From Antedon mediterranea (Eukaryota; Animalia; Echinodermata), in assembly GCF_964355755.1 (NCBI RefSeq), contig NC_092679.1, positions 5,424,201 to 5,488,200 of the forward strand: a DNA stretch of 64,000 nt, given 5' to 3'. Below the pieces are notes generated by a model, which searched no databases, was not told the origin of the DNA, and saw only the letters and a list, made by a program, of their open reading frames with translations. This document shows positions 13,401 through 25,400 of this stretch, one piece after another (positions within the stretch are counted from its first letter, which is position 1; each line of letters begins with the position of its first letter). The position numbers were made by a program, and so were the translations under genes.

Positions 13401-16400
13401 AAACATACAGGGGTGAAAATATAACCTCCTTGGCGGAGGTAATGAAGGAAAAAACTTTCATTTTATAGGCTTAAACAAACTAAAAGGTTAAATATAAAAA
13501 CAAACAAAAAACTTCCAGTTGAATATTTTTTTGCTTTCAATTACAGTTTTTTCAGATAAATAATAATAATAAATTGTGACATTACAAAGGACATATTCAA
13601 CGTAAAAAATAAATACATTCTTTTTAAGATAAATTTGTTTGACCTTAATGATGTACGTTAATAATTGCAACAACAAAAAATGTTTTAACAGGTAACATAT
13701 TTTGCCCATGCATGTTTGAAGTTAAAGTTTGGAAATGTTGTCATGTTCACCGATCCTTGGCTGACGGGCCCGGCATTTGCTAGGAGTTGGTGGTTATTGC
13801 ATGAGCCACCTGCCGATTGGCTAGATCAACTATCTTCTGCCGATCTTATCTACATCAGTCATCTACACCCTGATCATTTAAGGTAGAATTTAGATTGTTT
13901 TAGTCATTTACAACAAATGGCAGGAACGATAATGATATTCACTAAACTAGATAGGAATTTTGTGAACATCCACATATTATATAAACCTGGTTAAATTAAT
14001 TTTGTTTTTATTGTTCCATTTCATTTTCCATGTTTTGAACCAATATGACCATGCCTTGTTCAGTGATTTCGAGCTCATGCCTCATGGGCGTCGTTTTCGA
14101 TGCCCGGCATGTAGAACAAACCGGAAAAGAAATTCGTTTTGCCTGTGGCCATCCGACTCTTAAATTCTTGAACTTTGACTCTTGTTATATTGTACTGTGT
14201 ATTGTGATATTTTGTATATTTTTGTAATCATTTTAATCCAGACCTTTTTATTTGAATTTCCCCGTGTGGGATGATTAAAGAATTTTGAATTGAATTTTGA
14301 ATTGAATAAATCAAATCAAAATATAGCAACCACATAAAAAAAAGGCGTACAGTAAAGTATGACATTTTTATTAAATGTATTCGAAATAAAAAGTGTTATT
14401 ATTGAATTAACAGTTATCCTACACTAAAATGTCTTTCCGAGAGAAACCCCAACATACCTATTTATGTTGGCGATACATCTATGCCTGTGTTTTGCAAATT
14501 GGGGCGTAGCGGTGTTAAACTTAACAACATCAACATACTTAAGATTGGATCTTGGCACGAGGTATTCACTTTTTTTTATAATAATGTGTCACTATTTTTG
14601 TTTATAGTCATATTCTCTTTATGGAAGATTTTAACTAGGAGAATTGGATTAATAAACGAGTTTGAAATCAGAATATAATAGTAATAAAATAATAATAATA
14701 ATAATACTAAATAAAATATAACTTATGTATGGCTTGCATAGTATACATTTCTGAAACTGTTTGTGTTTATATTTGTGCATCTCGTACTTTGATCGTTTCT
14801 TTTTGGCAAAGTGTCTTACAATTTAGGTTATCCCTTGTAGGTCAATAAGGATTTACGGTTTATGATTATGATGGACGGAGTTCATCCAGAAATGGATACA
14901 TGCCTACTCGTCGACTATAAAGGTACAAAATAAATTTTGAAGTCTGACATAACAGTACCTTAATATAAGCTTACTGCAATGATTGCTCAAATTTACAAAA
15001 TCATTACCGTCTGTAACCCCAGTTTGTCTCTATGAACATTGATCCGAATTATAAAAAAAAAGGTGGAACCGGTCTTAAAGCTCTCAGACCTTATTTGCGT
15101 TTCTCCAGATACAAAGGCATTAATCATTAATTTGATTCATATTTTGTTAACATATTTTGATTTTTGCTTTGTGTAAATAAATGAATGAATTTATTTAAGA
15201 AAGCTGAAAATAAAACCATGCAAATGTATATATTTTTTCCAAAGGCCATCTTGTGTTAAACACGGTAGACTGTGCGAGCCCCAATGCAAGAAGTTTACCC
15301 ACTAACATTGATCTACTGCTGAGTGATTTTGCTGGCGGGGCCACTTGTTATCCGCTTTGCTTCTCTGGTGGTAGTTACACTGGTAAGTAAAGACGGATTC
15401 AGTAAATCATATTGCGAACTTTAATTTTACTAGAGTTTGAAAATGTAATAGATTTTTATAGCGCTTTTAACTTCGAAATGAAAGTAATTAAATAGATTTG
15501 TTTTTAAATATAAAGAAGGATTTAACAATGAGACCAATAACAACACTAAAACAGCTTACGCATTTTTGGGAACAATAACGCTTTCAAATATGCACTTATT
15601 GTTAACACGCATTACAGACATGTTTATCGCAAATTTCGCATTATTCTTCGTTTCTATAGAGCACCAACTCATTGGAATGCGTCTACTTTTAATGTCTATT
15701 ATTGATCCTGTTTAATTTAAAAATATTTTGTCAATAAAAATGCTGTAACATGTTACTGCTAAAAATGTGCTGTTTTCAAAGAATATCAACCGACCCTAAT
15801 CAGCTTCTACTAAGACTATAGATTAAGAGGGATATTATTTAGATCATTGAGGTATAAACCTACAGTACAATGTTAAAGAAAGTTAACGAAAACCGTGTAC
15901 AATATCAACAGTAACATTTTAGTTGTATTGACATTTGACTAAATATATTGCATTGAGACTGAACGTAATTTTCACTAATAAATGAATTAGGGCCTAAAAA
16001 TACGCATTCTACTGAGTTTTTAACCTCTGTTATTATTTTGGTGCTCCATATTGTAAATGTATGCTGCTTTTTTCTTAAACTGTTTCTAAATAAATTAATG
16101 TTGAATGAATAGAAACGACAATATTGTACATGGAGTATAGGAAATTCACGAACCGTGTGTGAGAAACACGTCTGTAACTTCATCAATATAAAAGATTTAC
16201 TTGTTACTTTTTCTGTGATTTTCCTTCGTAAAAGTATTTATGAATTAGGCTTCATTCTAAGGTGGGATATTCACGATAAAGTTACTTAACAAATTTGTCG
16301 AAATAAAAGCCAGATGCGAAACTGAACTAGCGCCGAATGGTGTACAAGCAATTTTACATTTCTTTGTTTTTTTGCTATGCAAACCTTCAGACTTCTTTAT

Positions 16401-19400
16401 TAAATATTAAAACAAATTAATGTGATCTTAATCAAACATATTTAAATGAATACTTTGAATACATTTACTATACGACAACACACAATGGAGAGAGAACTAA
16501 ATTGAATATTTTGTATTTTCCAACTCAGAAAATTGGAAAAGGGAATATGTGAAGTTTGAGAGAAACAAACTTCTTTACTACAAGTGTCAGGTCATTAAAG
16601 AAGTCAACCCAAAAGTGTTCTGTCCAATCGCTGGTTACTTCTTAGAGGCGCATCCGGCAGACAAGTTAGTTTCAGAGTTTTTTTTTTTTCAGTCCATTCC
16701 AAACCCATAAAATCACCTTTCTTGCATTACCGGTATGACTTTCCTAAATATGACACCTTATAGTCCAGGAGCTTATGTCGAAAAAAAGGCACTTGTAGGC
16801 TTTTGATGTTAATTGTCGGCACCAACGTTTTTCTGACTCAGAATTTTTTGCTGAACAAGAAAAACTTTGGTGCCATTTTTTTCGACCATGGCAAGTGGCC
16901 GCCATTTTGATTTTCAAGATGGCGGACTTACTTTAACAAAAATGATCGCGAATGGTATCATTGGAAAGGGAATTAAATACTGATCATTTATTTCCATTAC
17001 ACCCATACCCCAAAATGCATAGCAACAGAGATAATCGCAATTACATTATGTCATGTGACCAAAATGAGGTCAAAGGTCAAATTTCGACAAATTATAAATA
17101 CCATTGTGTTTGGTATCAACGGAAAGCTTTTTTTATACTTAGTACAGCTGTACATATAGTTTTTACATTCATCACACCATTTTCTAGAAAGTTTAAATTT
17201 TGTATATAAATAATATAGCTATACACCTTATTTCAAGTTTAAAATAAGTTAGTTTATTACTGTAACAATGTGTTAAAGCCCTACGACCTAAGTGTTTTCG
17301 ACCTAATTTAAGGTCACAAACTACATTTTATGTAAAAATAAATACTATATGATCCTATTTCGATAACTTTTTTCGTCTTTAAACTGTTCAAAATGTGAAA
17401 AATAAGTTGATTCTAATAACAATAATTTAATCGGCCTGCTAAATCCCACAAGATATTGATATTTTCGTGTTGATATGGATGCACGGCCAGTTTCGGTCGG
17501 TGATCGTCAAAACAAACAAGAGAACCATAACTTTTTGGCGAAAATACCAGGTCTGCCCCAATTTGTATTAACGGATTCTGCCAAAAAAGGAAAGAAAATT
17601 ATTTCAGCAATGAGACAACGTCATGATAAGCATATAGCAAGCGTACGATGTTCGTACGTTACCGTTATCTTTTAATCTTAATTAACCTTAGAACGTACAT
17701 TTAAGACAAGACATGACCTGGTTTATTGTTTTTAAAATTATATATATACATTATTTTTACAAAACGACAACAATTGCAGGTTTTGGGGATTTAACATACA
17801 AAATGACTATCAGATGTATTGTATAAATGAAGCCTATACAGTATGCCACCATGTATAGTCAGGGGCGGACACAGGGTGTTGCAACACCCTTAATTTCATA
17901 CTAAATGTTTTTTGCCAATAAATTAAAATTTAGATCCCATTTCATCATATATAAGAGCCTATATGTAAATTGACAGACCGCAGCGTACAATTGACCAGCA
18001 GTCAACAATACCGCGCACATATTATGTAGATAATTATGTTTGTGAACATGCTCAGAATGAATTTCTGACTGTTTAGTAGAATGCTTGTGCATCATGCGAA
18101 GGTACTGTATATCTTCATTTCCCATGCCCGTAATATTGGACCAAAATTCTGTAATAATTATGGACGTTCCGAACTTTGAAATAATAACAGTGTTAAAATT
18201 GCTTCTTTCTGCAAATTTCGATTTTTTCTTTTCTGGAGTGTGGTTTAAGTAACACTGTTGTACAGTTTATATTAGATAAATGAAATTTATATTTGGAAAT
18301 TGTGGTTTTACTGACTTATTTAGCATTTATTTCAAAATAGGATTTATCTAACTTGTTTTATCCTATAGTCGCGTAGTGTGTGTTACCGGCGGAAAAAATA
18401 TGCGGTATACGATCAGTATTGCTGTTTGCTACTACTGTAGCCCGATATCGAGTGTCATTTCCGGCGGTGAACTAGAGCTGCCATTTATCGTGAATTTTAC
18501 GTGTGAGAGTACCATGCTAGGGGTGTCATTTAACCATGGGGGCCTTGGCGCATATGCTCAGTACCGACAGCCCTGGATTCTTGGGCAACCCTATTCAAAT
18601 GGTCCTGCTACCGCCCCTAATAGTACTTCAGAACTACCAGTGGATATATAAAATATACCAAGATAATAACATTATCTTTCAATTCAAGATAATAACATTT
18701 CCATATCTGACGTGACCATGTCCAAACTGACATTCAATATTGTGTATTTTTTATTTTTTCTATTTTTATTTTATTCAATCAAAACCAACAGCGATAAATA
18801 CCGCCACTAACAGGTTTGAAACATAAAACAATACAACATCAAAAACGGTTAACAATAAAATACAGATAAAATATATATATATATATATATATAAAACATA
18901 AATTGGCATGCCATAAACAATTTCAATTAAAACAGGTTATGCAGGCTGTTCAAGAAGTGAACACATAATCGTCCTCTTAAAATAACCAAGTCTATCATTA
19001 AAAATATCGATATGATTGCTATTTAGATTATTAAATGTATAAGGTAGTCTATGAAAAAGTCCCCTCTTAGTACATTCGACACGGCTAAAAGGAATATGCA
19101 ATAAATGTCTATTTCGTGTACGACCAGGAACATTTAAACTAAATAGTGAAATTAATGAACAGTCATATTTAGAATTTAAAATATTATATAAAAAAACCAT
19201 ACCAGATATCGTTCGACGATTGCCGACAGAATCAATGGAAAAGGCAAAATTAACACAGTTATAAGACAGGAATCGAACAAACTTCCGTTGAACAGTGTCG
19301 ATTCGACGGGCCTGACATGGAGAAATTGAATTGAAAATTGCGGAACAATATTCAAGGTGAGGACGTATAATAGATTTGTATAAAGATAAAAGTGCCCTGC

Positions 19401-22400
19401 CGTCGTTCATACACCTACAATTTCTCCATATTAAGCCCATCATTCTATTAGCTTTTGACAAGACATGATTAATATGTGAACAAAAATTTAATTTACTATC
19501 AATAAAAATACCTAAATCTTTCCATACATAAACCATCTCAAGATCATGTCCACTCAGATTATAATTGAAGAGCACAGGCCTTTTTTTAAGTGTTATAGAT
19601 AAATATTTGCATTTATTAGCATTAAGTTTTATCCCCCACTTCTCCGTCCATTCCTCGAGACCATCCAGATCCTCCTGAAGTGAAAAAGCATCCTGTGGAG
19701 TGGTAATCACTTTAAACAATTTCAGATCGTCAGCAAATAAAAGAGACTCGGAATGTATTGGGTACACTTAGCTAACCTAGTCAAATTTCAACATCGCTTT
19801 CCTCTGAATCAGAGGCGGTACATGGGTCAGTGTTTTCACATATTAATTTAATTTTGTTAAACTATATCGGGCTAACAGTAGCAAACAGCAATACTGATCG
19901 TATACCGCATATTTTTTCTGCCGGTAACTCACACTACGCGACTATGGAATAAAAACAAGTTAGATAAAAATATTTTGGAAAAAATGCTAAATAAGTCAAT
20001 AAAACCACAATTTCCAAAAATAAATTTCATTTATCCCCTATAAACTGTACAATACTGTACAACAGTGTTGCTTAAACCACACTCAAGAAAAAAAAATATC
20101 GAAATTTGCAGAAAAAAGCAATTTTATTTTATTTTATTTCACATCCAAACAGCGAAAAATCGCCAATTACAGGATGCATTAAAACTCTTTAGATATAAAT
20201 ATAGAATTAAAAGCACATAAAAATACAAAACATGAAACATACAAAATGGCAAACTTAAATCAATTTAAGAATTTTAGACCTAAATTTGGACAAAGTGTCA
20301 AAAAAATATCGATAGTTTTATCCTTATAGAAATTGAATTAAAAAGCTTGGATAATCTTTGAATGAAACCATTTTTGGTTACGTTGACTCGACAACAGGCA
20401 AGAGAAAATAAGTCGGTGTTGCGAGAGTTTGGTCGACTAATTTTGAGAGAAAAAAATAATAAAATATTGCATTTAAAAAGGGAGTTGAAGCATTAACACT
20501 GTTTAACACTGTTATTTCAAAGTTGGGAACGTCCATAATTATTACGGAATTTTGGCCCAATATTACGGACATGGGAAATGAAGATATACCTTCGCATGAT
20601 GCACAAGCAATCTAAACAGTCAGAAATTCATTCTGAGCATGTTCACAAACATAATTATCTACATATATATCTGTGCGCGGTATTGTTGACTGCTGGTTAA
20701 TTGTACGCTGTGGTCTGTCAATTTACATATAAAAAGTTTATGGTTCTCTTATTTGTTTTCATGATGGCCTACCGAAACTGGCCCTGCATCCATATCAACA
20801 TGAAAATATCAATCCTCGCACGATGCCTTGTGGGATTTACATCGGGCCGATTAAATTATTAGAATCAACATATTTTTCACATTTTGAACAGTTTAAAAAC
20901 GATAAAAGTTATCGAAATAGGATCATATAGTATTTATTTTTACATAAAATGTAGTTTGTGACCTTAAATTAGGTCGAAAAAACATAGGGTGTAAGGCTTA
21001 ACATATCGTTACAGTAATAAACTCACTTATTTTAAACTTGAAATAAGTTGTTAGCTATATTATTTATAGACAAAATTTAAAATTTCTAGAAAATGGTGTG
21101 ATGAATGTAAAAACTATATGTACAGCTGTACTAAGTATAAAAAAAGCTTTCCGTCGATACCAAACACAATGGTATTCATAAGTGGTCGAAATTTGACCTT
21201 TGACCTCATTTTGATCACATGACATAATGTAATTGCGATTATCTTTGTTGCTATGCATTTTGGGGTATGGGTGTAATGGCAATAAATGATCAGTATTGTA
21301 TTCCCTTTCCAATGATACCACACATGATCAGTTTTGTTAAAGTTAGTCCGCCATCTTCAAAATCAAAATGGCGGCCACTTGCCATGGTCGAAAAAAATGG
21401 CACCAAAGTTTTTCTTGTTCAGAGGAAAATTCTGAGTCAGAAAAACGTTGGTGCCGACAATTAACATCAAAAGCCTACAAAATGACATAAGCCCCTGGAC
21501 TATTAGGGTGCGGTCGTCGCCTTTTCATTCCCAAAAACTGAAATAACTTTTTACCTTATACTTTTCATTGGTGTGGTTACCAAACATAATAACTTATTTC
21601 CGGACATCTCCCCAGATATTACCTATCGCTATGACTGCAAAACAATGAGTTCTAAAGACAGTCATTTGACTTTTGTACATTACTTTGGTTCCATCTTGAC
21701 CATGAATGTAAATAACTTCTACTTTTTTTTTTCGTTTTTTAAAATGATTTAATGTTTTTTGTAACTCCAACAATATTACTTTTATTTTGATCAGATACAT
21801 TAAAGAAAACAATTTCAGGAACAATCCTGTTGCTTTAAATGCATTCATAAACAAGCACTGTCCAGAAGTCAATACATGGACGCCCTTGCCGGGCGCAACT
21901 CTTGATTTGGCAAAAGCCATTACCAACCAAAGGTATACTACAAGATTCTCCAATATGTTTATTATTTGGTTATAAATTATAATTTACTTCCGCCAAGGAG
22001 GTAAATGTAATCGATCGCGTGTGTTTGTTTGTGTCTGTCTGTTTGTTTGTCTGTTTGTTAGCAGGATTACTCAAAAAGTAATTACAAGATCTTTACCAAA
22101 ATGAATTTACAGATAGATATTTGGTCAAGGACCATTCCATTAAATTTTGGAACCATTTCGGACCACGGTCCCAATTCTGGAACACTTTTTAGTACACTTT
22201 TCAGACCTGCTAGTGTTAAAAGATAGGACAGAATTTTTCAAAAGCCGGCGAGCAGTCTTAAAGTAACAAGTAAACTGTAATTGCATTTTCTCGAGAACTA
22301 CTTGTCCAAAAAACTTCATTTTTATACAAAGGCCAAGAGTTATAATTTCTGATTTGTAATTTTAAAACATAATTTGATTTAATGTGCAAGTTTTTTTAAG

Positions 22401-25400
22401 CGAGTAGTAGTAAAAACCTATTTCTTTTCAAATTCACTCGTTTGATTTTCGCGTTGCTGTTCTATTGTTAGTCAACTGAAGCTATTGTTAATTGTTGAAA
22501 GGCTTGTTACATAACCATTACACCAAACTCGCATACACATGCTTGTAGTGAAATTAGCCTAAATCGGAAACAGCATTAAGACACACACAAATATATATAT
22601 ATTTTTTTTTTTCCCGGAGAAATCTTATGTAGGAGAATTTTACAGTCGGCGGAGGTATGCACTCTCGGAGTGGCTTTCTAGTTAACATCAATACTTATTA
22701 CGATATGTTAAATTAATCATGTGTATTTAAAGTGCTTCTTAGTTTTAAATAGATATTTCTACTTAATTTAGTTTTTGTTTTTCACTTTTCTAAGCATTAT
22801 TCTGACTATAATTTAACATTTCAGTGATTATGTAACAAATCCGCCACCAGGTACAAAGATTTTCAAAGACAGGTAAACAACTTTCATAATTAAGAATGAT
22901 CTGATTGGATATGTTATTTGAATTCTCATCAGTGTCACATGGGACCCCTGTGAAATCTCGGGAGATTTTCCACAAAATTGTGTTTACACTATGCAAACCT
23001 GGTTACAAGTTGTTACATTTTGCAGATGTGAAAAGGGTATAAAATGTAACGCAAAGATCTTCAATTTAAGCTTAAAGCCCTGCACAGCAAACTTTAGTTT
23101 GCGAACTCTAAATGTGGAAAACTTTGTAAAACTTTAGTGTTGCCTAACTCAGAATTTGCTTAAGTGTGCAAACTAAGGTTTTCTAGTGTAGACTATAAGC
23201 TTAATATGATCATGCAGTTTTTTTACAATATTTTGCCAAATTGTCTTGTTTCAATTGTTTTTAACTTAATAACTTGTTTTATGAAAATGTGTTATAGATA
23301 ATATGTATAAAAAGAGGAAACTATGTAATCAATGTGGTTAAATGATAATGTATGTATAAACAAAATAATATATGGAAATAGTTTTTTTTTTTTTTTAAAG
23401 AAAGTAAGTAAAAAAAAAAAAAGTGGAATGAATCCACATAAGAAAAGAAAGTAAAAAAGTTAAATGAAAATTTAAGAAGTTATAGATGCAAAAAAGGATC
23501 TGCTGGTTTTGTAAACATTAAAGAACAAAAATATTAATATTAATGTTAAAGGATGAGAACAATATTATATTAACAGTAAACATGTAGTAAGTAATGAGTA
23601 TAACAGAGAATATACATTGTTAAATGAAAATGTGGTAGATGAAAAAATCAAAAACAACTATGTAAGAAAAAAAATAAGCTTGTTAATGAAAATGTGTTAC
23701 AGATAATATGTTTAAAAAGAGGAAGCTATGTAATCAATGTGATAATATGTAAACAAATGAATAAAACTCTTTAAATAAGTATATGTATACAGATGATTAA
23801 ACAAACATTGTAAATATAATGATATGTATAGTGTATAGTGAAAAATATATGTAAAGAGAACAGTGGTATGGAAATAAAAGTGGGATGAACCCACATAAGA
23901 TAAAAAAAAAAACTTAAACTTGTTTTATGGTAGTCATGTGATTCGTTTATGATAGATTTATTTTCTTATTCTTCTTTCAGTTGGAATTTCGATTTGTATG
24001 TTAACAATGTTAATAAAAACTACGACAACGAAATATTCGCTTACCCAGACTGGATCCAATTTTATTACAATTGGATTGGCTTCAGCAATTACAATCTTGT
24101 ACTTAGGGTAGGAGTGACGTTAAAATATTTGTCTATAATTTTAGGATTGCATGAACACCACATGCTAACCAAATTGTGATTAAGAATATAATTTACATTT
24201 CATTAAACTCTATATTGTACATCATTGGCACTATATTTTAACTCGTCCATCTGAAATTGTTAATGGATCAATAAATATAAAAGTTCATTATAATGTTCAC
24301 CAAATGTAAATAAAATATATTTCAGGTGATTGAAACAGATGACAACTTTGAGTTAATTGAAGGTGGATATGAATTCCTTGTTGATTTCAATGAAAACAAC
24401 CCAGCATATCCAACTAGCAGACCAGCCCGTAAACATAATTTTCTTGAAGTAAGTTGTTCTAAAAATCTAGTTTTTAATTTTTTTTAAAAGTAGCCGCGGC
24501 CGCTTACGGGAGGTACCAAATACACAAATTAGATAGGAAGATCAAACGGGCTTTAGAAAGTGACCCTGTTAAGGGAGGCGGCCGCTCATGGAGAGTCAAT
24601 TGTAATTATTTTGGTTTTTGATTTTTGTTTAATTTGTAGGCCCTGTGTAATAAATGGAAGGCGAAGCGAAGCTTTTATAAAAAGAAAGTGCAGAGAATTT
24701 ATCTGCACTCTCCATTTTTTTAATGCTCTATGACATCATGATGCCGACCGCCTTAAAAAAAAAAGATTAATTACAATAATACAGATATTGCATAATTTGT
24801 ACCTTTTATAGGTGAAGAATCGAATGGGTGTGCACAGAGAGACGGTTGTACATGGCTTATTTTGGGATAATCTCGCTAGTTTCAATAACAGATTGTATCG
24901 AGAACCAGACATATTCCATTTTGTGTAAGTTTTGTTAATTAAAGGCCTAATTATATAATAATTATCATCATCATTCCCTAATTGACGAAAACTTTTCTTG
25001 ATCAGATTCTGGAACCATATGCAGATTCTGTTGAAGAAAGATCCACCTGACTGGAACAAATTTCTCAAAGAGCAACGGGTTAAAGAAGCTATGAAAAAGG
25101 CTATATGGAAACCTTCGGGTGGAATCAAAGCACTTGCAGGTACGTTGGAAAGCAAGGCCTGTCTACACTAGTTAACTTAACGTGCTCGAGTTTTGTGTAA
25201 ACTTGCAAACTTGTTTTTTGAGGTTGACTAATTGGTTGAAAAACTGATAGTTTGCTCAAGTAAACGCAACTTGCTTGATCATGTGCTGCCTGTTCGTCGC
25301 GTCGTATTTCTATACATTACATCCAGGACCATAATCACTTGCGTCCCTATGTTGCATGCGTTGCGTCAAGTGATCTCCCACTTGGTTCCCACTAGCGATA

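Larger units (their letters stand above)
16761..21502. mobile_element. Non-autonomous Academ-type foldback element with ~1.7-kb inverted arms, TSD TTA
   Basis: Termini TAGTCCAGG...CCTGGACTA flanked by TTA/TTA. 16793-~18450 mirrors ~19863-21480; the mirrored ORFs 16952+ and 21064- reflect this. Shares subterminal motifs (GGTGCCATTTTTTTCGACCA, GCCATTTTG, GGTATCATTGGAAAGG) with the 4740 element. Confidence 0.85.

Noticed and set aside
16952-21321. Twin 85-aa ORFs (16952+ and 21064-) as a duplicated gene
   Set aside because: They are mirror images within transposon TIRs, with no protein motif or splice context.
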